The notes beneath the pieces are model-generated. The model saw nothing but the letters and a program-made list of their open reading frames with translations, was not told the origin of the DNA and made no database searches. This document shows, one piece after another, positions 34,198 through 44,624 of a DNA stretch of 64,000 nucleotides. The DNA comes from a virus (lineage: Duplodnaviria; Caudoviricetes): IMG/VR virus record IMGVR_UViG_3300010429_002123. One strand, 5' to 3'. Numbering within the stretch: position 1 is the stretch's first letter; each line of letters starts with the position of its first letter. The position numbers and the translations under genes were made by a program.

Positions 34198-35277
34198 ATG
34201 ATGCAACCCTTTGCAAATTATATGACCTTTAATAACATGAAACTCGGAATAGGTCCCCTTTTGATAAACGGACGTAATGTCGGATATTTAAACGGGACTG
34301 TAACAGTAGAGTGCGGGGTACAGACAAAAGTTGTAGAAGCTCTTGCCCCTATGGTTCAGATAGGTTCTATACCTATTCAGATTTATCACAGGATAAAAAC
34401 ACAGCTTATGCAAATTTCCCCACAGAACTATTGCGAAGCTCTCGGTGTAGCCCAGTCCTCTCTTCGCACCTGGGACGGTGTGACTGATGAGTATGACTAT
34501 TACTGGGAAACAAGTCCAGCAAGTCAGCAGTTACTTCAGTTCTCAAATAGAGCGGGGAGCACCTTACAGTCAGTCAGGCTCGACCACACAAGGATAAAAA
34601 CAGGAGTAGACGCTCTGGTAGTAGGAAAACCTACTTCCGGGTCAACTGGTCCTATTGCGACCCACTCTATAAACGCTGCAGGAACCGGGTATTCTGCTTC
34701 TGCTGTAGTAACTGTGACGAATGGGGCAAATGACGCTACTATCACCATCAACACTGTCGATACTGGCGGAGAAGTTCTTACTTACACAATACTTTCAGCC
34801 GGAACGGCCTGCACTGTAGCTACAGGAGTAGCCACGACTTATGCGGGGGCAGGCACAGGCTTTAGAATAAATATTCTTACTGTTGCGTCCTCAATAACGT
34901 TGGTGGAAGGGGTAGACTACCTGGTAGATAATCTTCTAGGTGAAGTCATAGCAATTCCAGGTGGGGCTATAACCGCAAACATGGAGGCTTACTTTAAATA
35001 TAAGTGTGTTCCTCCGAAGAGTATTGAACTTGCTTTTGACCCCTTCGGTCTACTGCCAGCACAGAACGAGATAGATTACACAGCTCTGGACGTCAAAACC
35101 GGACAGGCTGTGAGAACATGGATGCCAAAAGCTGAAACTACGGTAGGTAACTTGACCATGAAAAATAATGACATATGGTTATACGACGTCACTATTGAAG
35201 CCGTTTTTGACTTCACGCCAGCCAATGTTAACTACCCACTTGGTTATACCAAGTTTGCTATAGATGCTTTGACCTAA
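34198..35277 (+). CDS. Putative tail tube protein 2 (paralog) with inserted domains
   Basis: KLGIGPLLING..VGY and VDYLVDNLLGEV parallel tube protein 1. Confidence 0.55.
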   Translation: MMQPFANYMTFNNMKLGIGPLLINGRNVGYLNGTVTVECGVQTKVVEALAPMVQIGSIPIQIYHRIKTQLMQISPQNYCEALGVAQSSLRTWDGVTDEYDYYWETSPASQQLLQFSNRAGSTLQSVRLDHTRIKTGVDALVVGKPTSGSTGPIATHSINAAGTGYSASAVVTVTNGANDATITINTVDTGGEVLTYTILSAGTACTVATGVATTYAGAGTGFRINILTVASSITLVEGVDYLVDNLLGEVIAIPGGAITANMEAYFKYKCVPPKSIELAFDPFGLLPAQNEIDYTALDVKTGQAVRTWMPKAETTVGNLTMKNNDIWLYDVTIEAVFDFTPANVNYPLGYTKFAIDALT

Positions 35278-35316
35278 GTAAGCGGGAAACACTAATGAAC
35301 AGAGGAAATCTGAGTT

Positions 35317-35961
35317 ATGGACAATATAGGGTGGGCAGGGATAGGTTATCTTCTCCGAGGAGAAGAAGTGGAAACCAGTATAGGACCTGTTTTGGTAAAA
35401 GAATTTACCTTTAAGCAGGATATGCTTTTTAAACTCCATTTTAGTCAGTCTCCCCCCATAACTCAGGTTTCTTTTATTTGTCCTTTTTTATCTGAAGAAC
35501 ACCTGAGAACCCTGGGTGAGGAAGACATAAATAAGATTCTGGCCGTTAAAGAAGAGGTTAATACTGTGGTAAAAATTCCCGAGCCTGAGGGTAAAACTTT
35601 TGAGAGTGACTTTGACGAGGGGGTTGACCACCTCTGCACCCGCTGGGGAAGGTCTGCTGTAGAAATTTCCGAGACTTACAGCGTTTCAGGAATTCTTTAC
35701 TGGAATTACAAAGGAAACCAACGTGACAAAAAGGAATACGATTTTGCTATGGAAGAAGCGGGCGAAACTAAAACAGAAAACAAAGGACAGGGTTTACCGA
35801 CGGGGGCAAAAGAAGCTATAACCCAGAAAGCAAAAATTTCAGGAAGCAAACTCGAACAAGAAATAGACAAACTAATAAATAGTAAAGATTACAAAGAACA
35901 GTTAGAAAGAGCCAAGACTCTTATCCCCCGGGAGAAAGGTGGGGAAAACACCCAGAAATAA
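35317..35961 (+). CDS. Putative tail assembly chaperone
   Basis: Position between tube and tape measure genes. Confidence 0.5.
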   Translation: MDNIGWAGIGYLLRGEEVETSIGPVLVKEFTFKQDMLFKLHFSQSPPITQVSFICPFLSEEHLRTLGEEDINKILAVKEEVNTVVKIPEPEGKTFESDFDEGVDHLCTRWGRSAVEISETYSVSGILYWNYKGNQRDKKEYDFAMEEAGETKTENKGQGLPTGAKEAITQKAKISGSKLEQEIDKLINSKDYKEQLERAKTLIPREKGGENTQK

Positions 35962-35973
35962 GGAGGTGAAACT

Positions 35974-38900
35974 ATGCCAGATTTAAAGTTTAACTTTTCA
36001 ACCAACGCTGAGAAAACAAAAAACGATTTTGTCTCTATTATAAACGAGGTAGACAGACTCACCAAAGCTCAAGAAGAACAATCCAAACTGGTTGAGGCTC
36101 TTCAAGGAAAAGAGAAGGGACTTATTGAGCAGATAACTCAAACCAGAGAAAAAGCTACAAAAAAGGCTATTGAAGATGGGAATAAGTATGCAGAAGCCAG
36201 TTCTGGTCTTGACAAAGAAGAACAGAACCTGAAAAAACTGTCGGAAGCTTACGAGAGTTCTAAAAAAGCTACAAAGAGTTATGCAGACAGTCAAAAAGAC
36301 GTTGAGAAAGCAATGGACGAGCTTAGGAAAAAACACGAAGCCCTTGTAGAAGAAATAAAAACTGCTCAGGGTCCTATCAAACAACAGCAAACGGTCACGG
36401 CTAAACTCAAGGAGACTTACGCTGAGACGGAGAAAGAGGCGGAAAAACTTGCCACGGCTAATAAGAAGGGCTCTCTGTCTTTAAGAGACTATGATACAGC
36501 CATGAAACCCATATCGGCTCAGCAGACTCTGCTAAAACAGCAAATAAAAGAGTCTGTTACCGTGCAAAATGGGTTGATAGACAGCTATGAGAAGCTAAAA
36601 GGTCAGCAAAAAGAAAATGTGGATTCTTACAAAAAACTGGAAGAGCATGGGCAGAAATTAGTAACCCTCAGAAAAGAAGAAATGGCCACAACCGAGAAGT
36701 TATCCGCTGAGATAAAAATAACTACAGAAAACGTGGCGAAACATCGTGAGGAAAAAGAAAAATACTCAGCTTCTTTAGGGGCTTCTCTACAAAAAGAGAA
36801 AGAACTAATTACAGCAATGAAAGATTCAGAAGAAGCACAAAAAGCTCTATCTGCAGAGGCTAAAAAGTATGATTCAATTGTAAAGACTCAAACAGAAACA
36901 CTGGAAAAACTGCAACGGGCAAAAATACAAGAAAAGGAAACTAACAGAGAGGCTTTAGATAATGTAAAAAAATTAACGGAGGAGACAAAAAATCTTGTTG
37001 AGCTTGAAAAAGTTCAAACAGTTGAGATAGAGAAACAAGAAAAAGTTCTGAGAGAACTAAACAAAGCACATTTAAAAGGGCAAATATCTCCAGATGATTA
37101 TAAAACTAAAAAAGCTGACCTCACTCAAGAGATTACCACTGGTCAGGCTAGTCGAACACTGACTAATGAAAAGTTAAAAGCAAATACACAGGCTCTGGAG
37201 GAGAATAAAAAAGTTGCGAAGAGTAGCAGTCTCGCTCTCGCTGAGTATGAAAAGAAGGTGGAGGAGACCGGAGCAACCCTCGTGCTTTCAACCATTCAGC
37301 AGGGTAAGGCCACAAACGCATTAGAGAAAGAACAGACTGTCTACTCACACCTCTCTGAGGAGAAGAAAAAAGTTTCTCAAGAAGTAGCAAAAGCACAAAA
37401 CGCCTTAGTAAACAGCACCAAACAGGAAGAAAAAGCCTTAGTAGCTGTACAGGGTGCCCTTGTTAATGAAACCACAGCCCTTGCTAAAATGGGAGGTGTT
37501 CTTTCTGCTACCGGAGAAAAACTCAAAAATTCCAACGAGGCAATGGAGAACACCAAAAAAGCTCTTAAAGGCATGGCCTTTGAAGAAAGAATGCGGGGTA
37601 TTGAAGAATTCAACACCTCAGTAAAAGACCTTATTTCTCCTCTGGAGCGTTTCGGTAAAGAATGTATGAGTGCCGGAAAGCAGGCTAACGACCTGGAAAA
37701 AAGACTAATTGGCTTTTCAAGAAGTGGGGAAGAGGCTAGAAAAGTAATAGAGCAGATTCACAAATTCTCTACTGAAAAACAGCCCTTCAAGTTAACCGAC
37801 TTGATGAACGCCGGTATACAGATGCAGAAGTTCGGGAAAAACACTGAAGAACTTCTTCCGAAAGTGGCCAACCTGGCTGCGGGGTTAAAAATAGGTATAG
37901 AAGGTCCTGCCCGTGCTGTCTCAATGGCTCTTAATGACAACCAGCGTGGTATGATGCAGTTAGAGAGGCAGTACGGTTTCACAAAAGATAAATTAATAGA
38001 ATACGGTGCTCAGTTAAAGACCTCCGGGCAGGTTGAGTTAAAGAGTGCAGAAACTAAAAAGGCCATCGTCGCTATACTGGACTCCTACGCAGGGTCTGCA
38101 GAAAAAGCGGGGTCTTCTTACAATGGAGCAATGACCCAGATGAGCAACTCAATTCAACTCATGAAAGAAAGTATAGGAAAAGAGCTTCTCCCTTTACTCG
38201 CACCCCTCGTGCAGGGGGCTGCAAAACTGGTAAAAACCGGTACTGAATTTGTTTCTGCAAATAAAAATGTGGTAGCTTCTGTTCTCGCTGTGGCGGCAGG
38301 TCTTGGTATGATGATGAAGGTAACAGATACAGTCATAGGTACTGTCGCTGGTCTTCAAAGAGCCTGGGGGGCGGCGGAAAAAGTCTACCAGACAACCACC
38401 AATCTGTTCAAAGCCGGAGAAATTACCAAACAAATACTTTCAAAAGAAACAACCCTCACAGTAGTAGCAGGTGAAAAAGTCCAACAGGCGGAAAAAATAC
38501 AGGGTGCCGTGGTCCAGGAAACCACCACGGGCACAGTAGTAGCTACAGAAACCCTGAAGCAGGCAGTTTTAGCAAAAACCGCTATTGCCGCCCGTGCCAT
38601 GTGGGTAGCCATGCTGGGTCCTGTGGGTTGGATACTTGCGGGTGCAGCCGTTGTGGGAACTCTCCTACTTATAAAAACTCGAATCATGGAAGCAAATGCC
38701 GAAGCGGAGAAAAAAGACGTTGAAGATTACGGGAAGAAGATGGCAAAAGGGTTCAAAAACGCCCGAGAAGAGATTGAACTCTTAAATAAAACTCCTGTCC
38801 AGATTGCTATAAAAGGAAATGCCGGAGAAATACTTGATGCCCTGACGGTAAAACTGAAAGCTCTCAGAGACCTTGAAAAAGAAAATTTAAAACAGGGTGG

Positions 38901-41900
38901 GCAGGGCTTCTCGGACTACACAACAAAAGAGAAGGTAATGGTTCCTATCTACAAAGAGGGTGGGGCACAGTATGGTTTAAATGCTGGGGTGCAGGTTCGG
39001 GTGGGGGCGGAAGAAAAAGAAATTGATGTCACGAAAAGGGGCGGAGAAGCTGTCTCAACAGCCCAAACAGAAATAGCAAAAACTGTAGGTGAATTAAAAA
39101 CCCTTCAGGAAGAGTATGATAAACATAACGTAACTTTAGATGATTACAAAAAACGTTACGGGGAGCTAAAGACGACTCTCGAGACCCACACAAAAACTCT
39201 GAGAGACGTGGGTCAGGCCACAATCGACTCAAAAGAGGGAGACAAACTTCTCGGAAAGCAACTTTTGCTTACCGCAGACGAAGTAGACAAAGTCAGTTCC
39301 GCTTATGACACTTACACAGCGTCTATGGCGGATGCCCAAAGAGGACTCACAGCCTTTTTAGACCAGCAAGCCAGGTTTAAGACCGATGCTCAGACTTCCA
39401 GAGCTAATTTTAAGTCTGCTATCGAAGAGAGCACAAAATACGCTGATGCTATTCGAAAAAACAATGAGGACATTGCAAAAGCTAATAAATGGCTTGTAGA
39501 GCACGGTTTTAAAGAAGAAAAAGCTGAAGACATGTTTAAGTCTGCTGGCTGGGAGAAGTATTTTAATAGTGTGGGGGAAGGGCAGAAAAAACTCGAAGGC
39601 GGAATGACTGCCACCCAGAGAGACGAGTTTGCGAAAAGACAGGCAGATTTGAAGCAAAACGAGAACTTCACAATGGAGAGTCTCAAAACCACACTTAACA
39701 CCATAAAGACCTCAGCCAAGCAGAACCTCGAAGTCTTCGCTGATTCAACAGGTAAACTCTTAAATGTAGACACTAAAGACCTTGAAGAGTTGCCGGGGGA
39801 AACGAGGGACATTCTGGGCAATGTGGTTAAAGAGTATAAGCTGGCAAATGACATAGAGATAGATGGTGAAAAGCATAAAGCGGGAGAGATAATAAAGGCA
39901 CAGAAAGTAACATACGAACAGACCCGTAAAATAATGGAGGATATGCTTCTCGCCCATGCCGGAGATGGAGAAAAACAAATCGCCGCCCGTGAGATGATTT
40001 CTAAAGAAATTCAAGCTACCTACATGCAGGAGCTGGAGCAAAAGAAAAAGCAGGTCAAAGCCTGGGAAGAAATGGACGCCGAAGCCTACGCCAAAAATGC
40101 GAAAGCCTCCCGTGAGATGTGGGCTCAGATAGAAAAAGATGACAAGGTTTCAATGGAAACCCGCATAAAGATGCGACAGACCTATGAGCAAGATGTAATG
40201 AAAGCTCAGTCTTCTTACTTTAAAGAGGAAAAAGACCGTCTCGACATGGGGTTGCATAACTATGCTCAGTATTACGACGCCCTGAGAACCTATCTGGTTG
40301 AAAACGCTGAGGAGCTGAAAAAGTTCCCGGAGAAATATGAACAGGTAGCAAGAGCCGTAGGGCAGGCGGGGGAACAGTTCTTCTCAGATTTCCAGAAAGA
40401 AAATGAACGCCTGGTAAAAGAGGGCACAATGAGTACCGGAGAGTCCCTAAAGGCTTCTCTCCAGTTCATGAAAGAACACGCCGAAATATGGGCAATGGAC
40501 GTTCAAAAAAGAGAGGACTTGGAAAGAGACCTTCAAAGAAGACTCCTTGAGTTCGAGAGACAGAGAGTTCAGGAAACATCAAAGATTGAAAAGGCGATAG
40601 CTGAAGCCAGAGGAGATAAAATAGGAGCTATTAAAGCAGAAACAGACGCACAGATAGCTTCTCTTGAAACACAAAAAGAAGCCTACCAGAGAAGCGGTGT
40701 GGAAAGAAACACTATTGATAAGTGGTATCAAACCGAAAAAGTAAAATTAAATGCCGATGCAAACTTAAAAATATCCCAGGACAATGCCAGAGTGATGCAA
40801 CAGCAACTAGATAATTACCAAAAGTTGCTGGAATCACAAAACAGAGCCAGAATAAACGTCAAGGGCTATCAGACAGAAGAAGATATTTCCTACGAAGAAA
40901 ACAGACAGAAAAAATTAATGGCTAGCCAGATGAACGCTGAAAAGAACTATACGGCGTTTTATGAGCAACAGTTAAACACAAGACATCAGATACTTCTAAA
41001 GAGCGGGGAAGTGGTCACAGAATCCGGGGCAGACATTCTTGAAAAAGCCAGAAACATGGTGGAACTCACAGATGAAGAACAACAGTTCTTTAATGTGATA
41101 GAACAGGCGAACAGCAAGATAGTAACGTATCAGGACAGCCAGCTTAACGCACAAAAAACTCTTGTTGACCTCGCCAACCAGAGAATAGCTCTTGAGAAAA
41201 AGCACATGGACTTCCGTCACCAAAACGACGCCCTGGATAAAGACAACTGGGAAAAATCTCTCGCTCTCGATTCCTCAATGTATGAGCTGAAGAAACAACA
41301 GTTCCAAAAACACGCTCTGGATATGAAGATGTCTGCAGAACAAACCAGCAGACAAATCTTAGACATAGAAAAAGCCAGATGGCAGAAAGAACGGGAAAAC
41401 CAGAAGAAAGTCTCCGAAGAGTTTATTGAAGGCACTGAAAATCAAATTGAAGCTATTCGAGTCCAGGCGAAAGAATATGCCTCTCAGGGAATGAAGAGAG
41501 AAGAGATTGAAAGAAACACTCAGGGCAGGTTAAGGGCTCTCTACATAGAAAGCACAAAGAACTTTGTAGAACAGGAAAAAGCAAAACTCGCTGAGGCGGT
41601 AGCAACAGCAGAGGCCATAAAAGGTCTCAATGAGCAGGTAGCGGCGAAACAAAAAGAATTAGAAGCTCTGAGAGGCACCTCTTCTTTTATGAGAGGTGAG
41701 GGAGACTCCCCTCTTCTTACAGCAGACCAGGCTCTCAGTAAGCAGAGAAGTCCAGAAGGTTTTTCAGACCCTGTCCTCCAGAAACTGCAGGCAGAAAAGC
41801 AGGCTGAAAAAGACATAGGAACTTTAAAGAGCCAGTTAAACGCTGAACTAGAAAAAGAAAAATCTTTAAATCAGGATATAAAGCAACTCCAACAGGAAAG

Positions 41901-44001
41901 ACTCGACGTAGAAGACACTTTCCAGAAAAAAGTAGCAGAAACTGTTGACGCTATAAAGAGTGTTTCCGGGGAAACTCAAAAAGCTGAAGACTCTGTTGAC
42001 GGGCTTAATAAAAATCTGGTAAAGACTTCAACTTCTTACCAGAGTGTGAAGGAAGCCTCCCCGTGGAAAAAAGAGACAGAAAGCACAGAGGACTATAATA
42101 AAACACATGGGAAAACTAACAGTGCATTAGGTGCCACTGTTACTATGAACAAAGATGTTACAAAGAGTTCTCCCTGGAAAGGGGAAGCAAAAGCTGTTGA
42201 GGGTTACAAAAAAGCTCTCGATGATGCTGTAAAGTCAGCTACTGACCTCTCTAATGTTCCTCCCCCACAGGTAACAGGAGGGTCGGGCGGAAAAGAAGGA
42301 GAAAAGCCCGGCGGAGAACCTCCAAAAACGGGAACAGAAAACGCAGTAAAAGACGGAGCAAAAGAAGGCTCGGAAAAAGGTTCTAAAGAAGGAACAAAAG
42401 AGGGGGCAGAAAAAGGTTCAGGACAGGGCACAAAAGAAGGTTCTAAGGAAGGCTCTAAAGAGGGAGCAGAAAAAGGTACAAAAGAGGGAGCTAAAGAGGG
42501 AACAAAAGAAGGTATGAACCTCTTTAATGCCTCAGTAGCCTTAGACCTTAAGGGTGCCGGGGGTATCACTGACCAATTAAAAATCCCCATGAAAAAAGCC
42601 TCAGACTTTACTTCTGCTCTGGCCGGAGATATGAAGAGCCTTTCTTCTGGGATAGAAAAAGCAGATAAAGCCTTCGCCAAAGGTGCAACAAGTGAGGCAG
42701 AACACGCCACCCAGGTAAATAAGCTGGTCTCTACAGTTAAAGATAAAGTAAATAAGAGTCTCGTAGCTATAAGTGAATCTTATACAAAAGGAGAAATAAG
42801 CCAGGAAGAGTATAACAAAGGGGTAGAGAGTCTTAACAATGTTCTTGATTCCGTAAAAAGTTCAGCCGTAGAGTTCTCACAGGCACTTTCCGACGGGGCA
42901 AAAAGCGTAAAAACAGCAACTAAAAACGTGGAAAAAAGCACAGAAGGTGGAGGAGCACAAGGGGGAGGAGAAGGAACTGCCCCTGCAGAAACTGGTGGGG
43001 GTGGAACAGGAGAGAACCCTGTGACCGGGGGCTCCTTAGGCGGAGGAGGAACAACCGGAGGAAGTTCTTTCACACCCGGAACCAAACAGAAATCGGAGAC
43101 AACTCCTATTACTACCCTTTCGGACACAGAGAAGGAGACTTTCACAAAAACAAGTCTGAACAGTCTGAAAAATCTTTCGGCTCAGCAAGACGCTTTGGCA
43201 AAAGCGTATAAAGACGGAACAGTAAAGCAAGATGAATACGTAGCGGGATTAGAAGCCCTGGCAAAACAAGCAAAAGCTGTATATAAAGCGGCGGGGGATT
43301 ATGGGGTAAACTTACAGGAGGCTTCCAACGCCCTTAAAACCGGGCAGTCGTCGGTCGGAGGAGAACAAGGAGACACGACAAAACAAAACTATAATCCTGG
43401 GTATGCTCCCAGAGGAACGGGGGGAAATAATCCAGGTGCTGATAATTTAACGGGGAAGGGTGGAAACAGCCCTCAAAATTACACCGATAGTGGTTACGGC
43501 ACAAATACAAGCAATATTGCCAACCCCTATGCGGGACAATTCGGAACTCCAGGGGTTACAAATTCCTCAGGAAGTTCAAAAGGTGTAACTACCGGGAGTC
43601 TCTTCGGTTATGGAGGAATGGAAAGCCCGGCTCATGACAATCCTATAAATGATGATAGGTTACTTCAAGTAGGAAAGCAAATAGCCACGGCAACAATAAA
43701 TAAAAACCTGGTAGACATGGTGAAGTTCATGAATAAAGGCTCGGTAGAAGCCTCTAAAGAATACACTCCGGCTAAGGTAAGAGCAGAGGTAGCTCAGGCT
43801 CAACAGGCTCAGATGGTGAGTTACCCGACGACAAATAATAATCATGTAAATCATCAGTATGACAATAGAAATTACGCTTCTTCCAGCAGTGTTCAGCAAA
43901 CCTGGATAGTAAACGTAGACGGAAAGACTGTAGGCGGAACTCCCGAGGTTCAAAAGAGCACAGGGGCACTCACAAGTTTCGCAGCAAAATTCGGTAAGTA
44001 G
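35974..44001 (+). CDS. Tape measure protein (2675 aa)
   Basis: Long coiled coil, tape-measure core (PFKLTDLMNAG...), hydrophobic segment LGPVGWILAG, C-terminal VNVDGKTV. Confidence 0.88.
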   Translation: MPDLKFNFSTNAEKTKNDFVSIINEVDRLTKAQEEQSKLVEALQGKEKGLIEQITQTREKATKKAIEDGNKYAEASSGLDKEEQNLKKLSEAYESSKKATKSYADSQKDVEKAMDELRKKHEALVEEIKTAQGPIKQQQTVTAKLKETYAETEKEAEKLATANKKGSLSLRDYDTAMKPISAQQTLLKQQIKESVTVQNGLIDSYEKLKGQQKENVDSYKKLEEHGQKLVTLRKEEMATTEKLSAEIKITTENVAKHREEKEKYSASLGASLQKEKELITAMKDSEEAQKALSAEAKKYDSIVKTQTETLEKLQRAKIQEKETNREALDNVKKLTEETKNLVELEKVQTVEIEKQEKVLRELNKAHLKGQISPDDYKTKKADLTQEITTGQASRTLTNEKLKANTQALEENKKVAKSSSLALAEYEKKVEETGATLVLSTIQQGKATNALEKEQTVYSHLSEEKKKVSQEVAKAQNALVNSTKQEEKALVAVQGALVNETTALAKMGGVLSATGEKLKNSNEAMENTKKALKGMAFEERMRGIEEFNTSVKDLISPLERFGKECMSAGKQANDLEKRLIGFSRSGEEARKVIEQIHKFSTEKQPFKLTDLMNAGIQMQKFGKNTEELLPKVANLAAGLKIGIEGPARAVSMALNDNQRGMMQLERQYGFTKDKLIEYGAQLKTSGQVELKSAETKKAIVAILDSYAGSAEKAGSSYNGAMTQMSNSIQLMKESIGKELLPLLAPLVQGAAKLVKTGTEFVSANKNVVASVLAVAAGLGMMMKVTDTVIGTVAGLQRAWGAAEKVYQTTTNLFKAGEITKQILSKETTLTVVAGEKVQQAEKIQGAVVQETTTGTVVATETLKQAVLAKTAIAARAMWVAMLGPVGWILAGAAVVGTLLLIKTRIMEANAEAEKKDVEDYGKKMAKGFKNAREEIELLNKTPVQIAIKGNAGEILDALTVKLKALRDLEKENLKQGGQGFSDYTTKEKVMVPIYKEGGAQYGLNAGVQVRVGAEEKEIDVTKRGGEAVSTAQTEIAKTVGELKTLQEEYDKHNVTLDDYKKRYGELKTTLETHTKTLRDVGQATIDSKEGDKLLGKQLLLTADEVDKVSSAYDTYTASMADAQRGLTAFLDQQARFKTDAQTSRANFKSAIEESTKYADAIRKNNEDIAKANKWLVEHGFKEEKAEDMFKSAGWEKYFNSVGEGQKKLEGGMTATQRDEFAKRQADLKQNENFTMESLKTTLNTIKTSAKQNLEVFADSTGKLLNVDTKDLEELPGETRDILGNVVKEYKLANDIEIDGEKHKAGEIIKAQKVTYEQTRKIMEDMLLAHAGDGEKQIAAREMISKEIQATYMQELEQKKKQVKAWEEMDAEAYAKNAKASREMWAQIEKDDKVSMETRIKMRQTYEQDVMKAQSSYFKEEKDRLDMGLHNYAQYYDALRTYLVENAEELKKFPEKYEQVARAVGQAGEQFFSDFQKENERLVKEGTMSTGESLKASLQFMKEHAEIWAMDVQKREDLERDLQRRLLEFERQRVQETSKIEKAIAEARGDKIGAIKAETDAQIASLETQKEAYQRSGVERNTIDKWYQTEKVKLNADANLKISQDNARVMQQQLDNYQKLLESQNRARINVKGYQTEEDISYEENRQKKLMASQMNAEKNYTAFYEQQLNTRHQILLKSGEVVTESGADILEKARNMVELTDEEQQFFNVIEQANSKIVTYQDSQLNAQKTLVDLANQRIALEKKHMDFRHQNDALDKDNWEKSLALDSSMYELKKQQFQKHALDMKMSAEQTSRQILDIEKARWQKERENQKKVSEEFIEGTENQIEAIRVQAKEYASQGMKREEIERNTQGRLRALYIESTKNFVEQEKAKLAEAVATAEAIKGLNEQVAAKQKELEALRGTSSFMRGEGDSPLLTADQALSKQRSPEGFSDPVLQKLQAEKQAEKDIGTLKSQLNAELEKEKSLNQDIKQLQQERLDVEDTFQKKVAETVDAIKSVSGETQKAEDSVDGLNKNLVKTSTSYQSVKEASPWKKETESTEDYNKTHGKTNSALGATVTMNKDVTKSSPWKGEAKAVEGYKKALDDAVKSATDLSNVPPPQVTGGSGGKEGEKPGGEPPKTGTENAVKDGAKEGSEKGSKEGTKEGAEKGSGQGTKEGSKEGSKEGAEKGTKEGAKEGTKEGMNLFNASVALDLKGAGGITDQLKIPMKKASDFTSALAGDMKSLSSGIEKADKAFAKGATSEAEHATQVNKLVSTVKDKVNKSLVAISESYTKGEISQEEYNKGVESLNNVLDSVKSSAVEFSQALSDGAKSVKTATKNVEKSTEGGGAQGGGEGTAPAETGGGGTGENPVTGGSLGGGGTTGGSSFTPGTKQKSETTPITTLSDTEKETFTKTSLNSLKNLSAQQDALAKAYKDGTVKQDEYVAGLEALAKQAKAVYKAAGDYGVNLQEASNALKTGQSSVGGEQGDTTKQNYNPGYAPRGTGGNNPGADNLTGKGGNSPQNYTDSGYGTNTSNIANPYAGQFGTPGVTNSSGSSKGVTTGSLFGYGGMESPAHDNPINDDRLLQVGKQIATATINKNLVDMVKFMNKGSVEASKEYTPAKVRAEVAQAQQAQMVSYPTTNNNHVNHQYDNRNYASSSSVQQTWIVNVDGKTVGGTPEVQKSTGALTSFAAKFGK

Positions 44002-44018
44002 TAAACGGAGGGTTAATT

Positions 44019-44414
44019 ATGGCAATAGATTACTTTTGGATAGCAAATGAAGACGAAACTGATAAAGTTAATATGCTACCCATTGATGTGTCTCCGGCTC
44101 CAGAACTTAAAAAGGACGTTTATTTGTCGGGGTCTCCCCCTTCGTGGGAAGACTTGACAGTGTTACCTCCTGTCTACACAATAGCAGACCCTGGAGCGAC
44201 TGACCACGGAGGAACTCTGTTTATATCAGGTGAAAAAATGACCATCGCCGACAAGAACCTTCTTCAGGCTAAGGCGAAAGCAGGAGCACTGCAAAAGTAT
44301 TACGACGCTTACAACGCTATTACTTACCTTGTTTACTTATATCCCGCCCCGAAGTTTAAGTATCTTCGAGGCAGTACGTATATAGAATACACAATAACAA
44401 TGGTGGTAGCTTGA
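44019..44414 (+). CDS. Putative distal tail protein
   Basis: Position right after tape measure, size. Confidence 0.45.
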   Translation: MAIDYFWIANEDETDKVNMLPIDVSPAPELKKDVYLSGSPPSWEDLTVLPPVYTIADPGATDHGGTLFISGEKMTIADKNLLQAKAKAGALQKYYDAYNAITYLVYLYPAPKFKYLRGSTYIEYTITMVVA

Positions 44415-44623
44415 TGAGTAGGGAAACACACTTATTAGATTTTATTCAGGCCGTTCTTTGCCCCTTTTGCGGAGGAGATGCCTGGGAGGCTGAAAAGACA
44501 GAGGGTATTCTGTGGAAAAAACAATTAGAATGCCTGTGCTTTGAATGCGAAAACTCTTTCATAGTCGAGTTGAATATAGAGGAAGATAAATTAGAAATAA
44601 AAAAGTTAAATCGGAGGAGATAA
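44411..44623 (+). CDS. Small zinc-ribbon protein
   Basis: CPFC and CFEC pairs. Confidence 0.5.
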   Translation: MMSRETHLLDFIQAVLCPFCGGDAWEAEKTEGILWKKQLECLCFECENSFIVELNIEEDKLEIKKLNRRR

Positions 44624-44624
44624 A

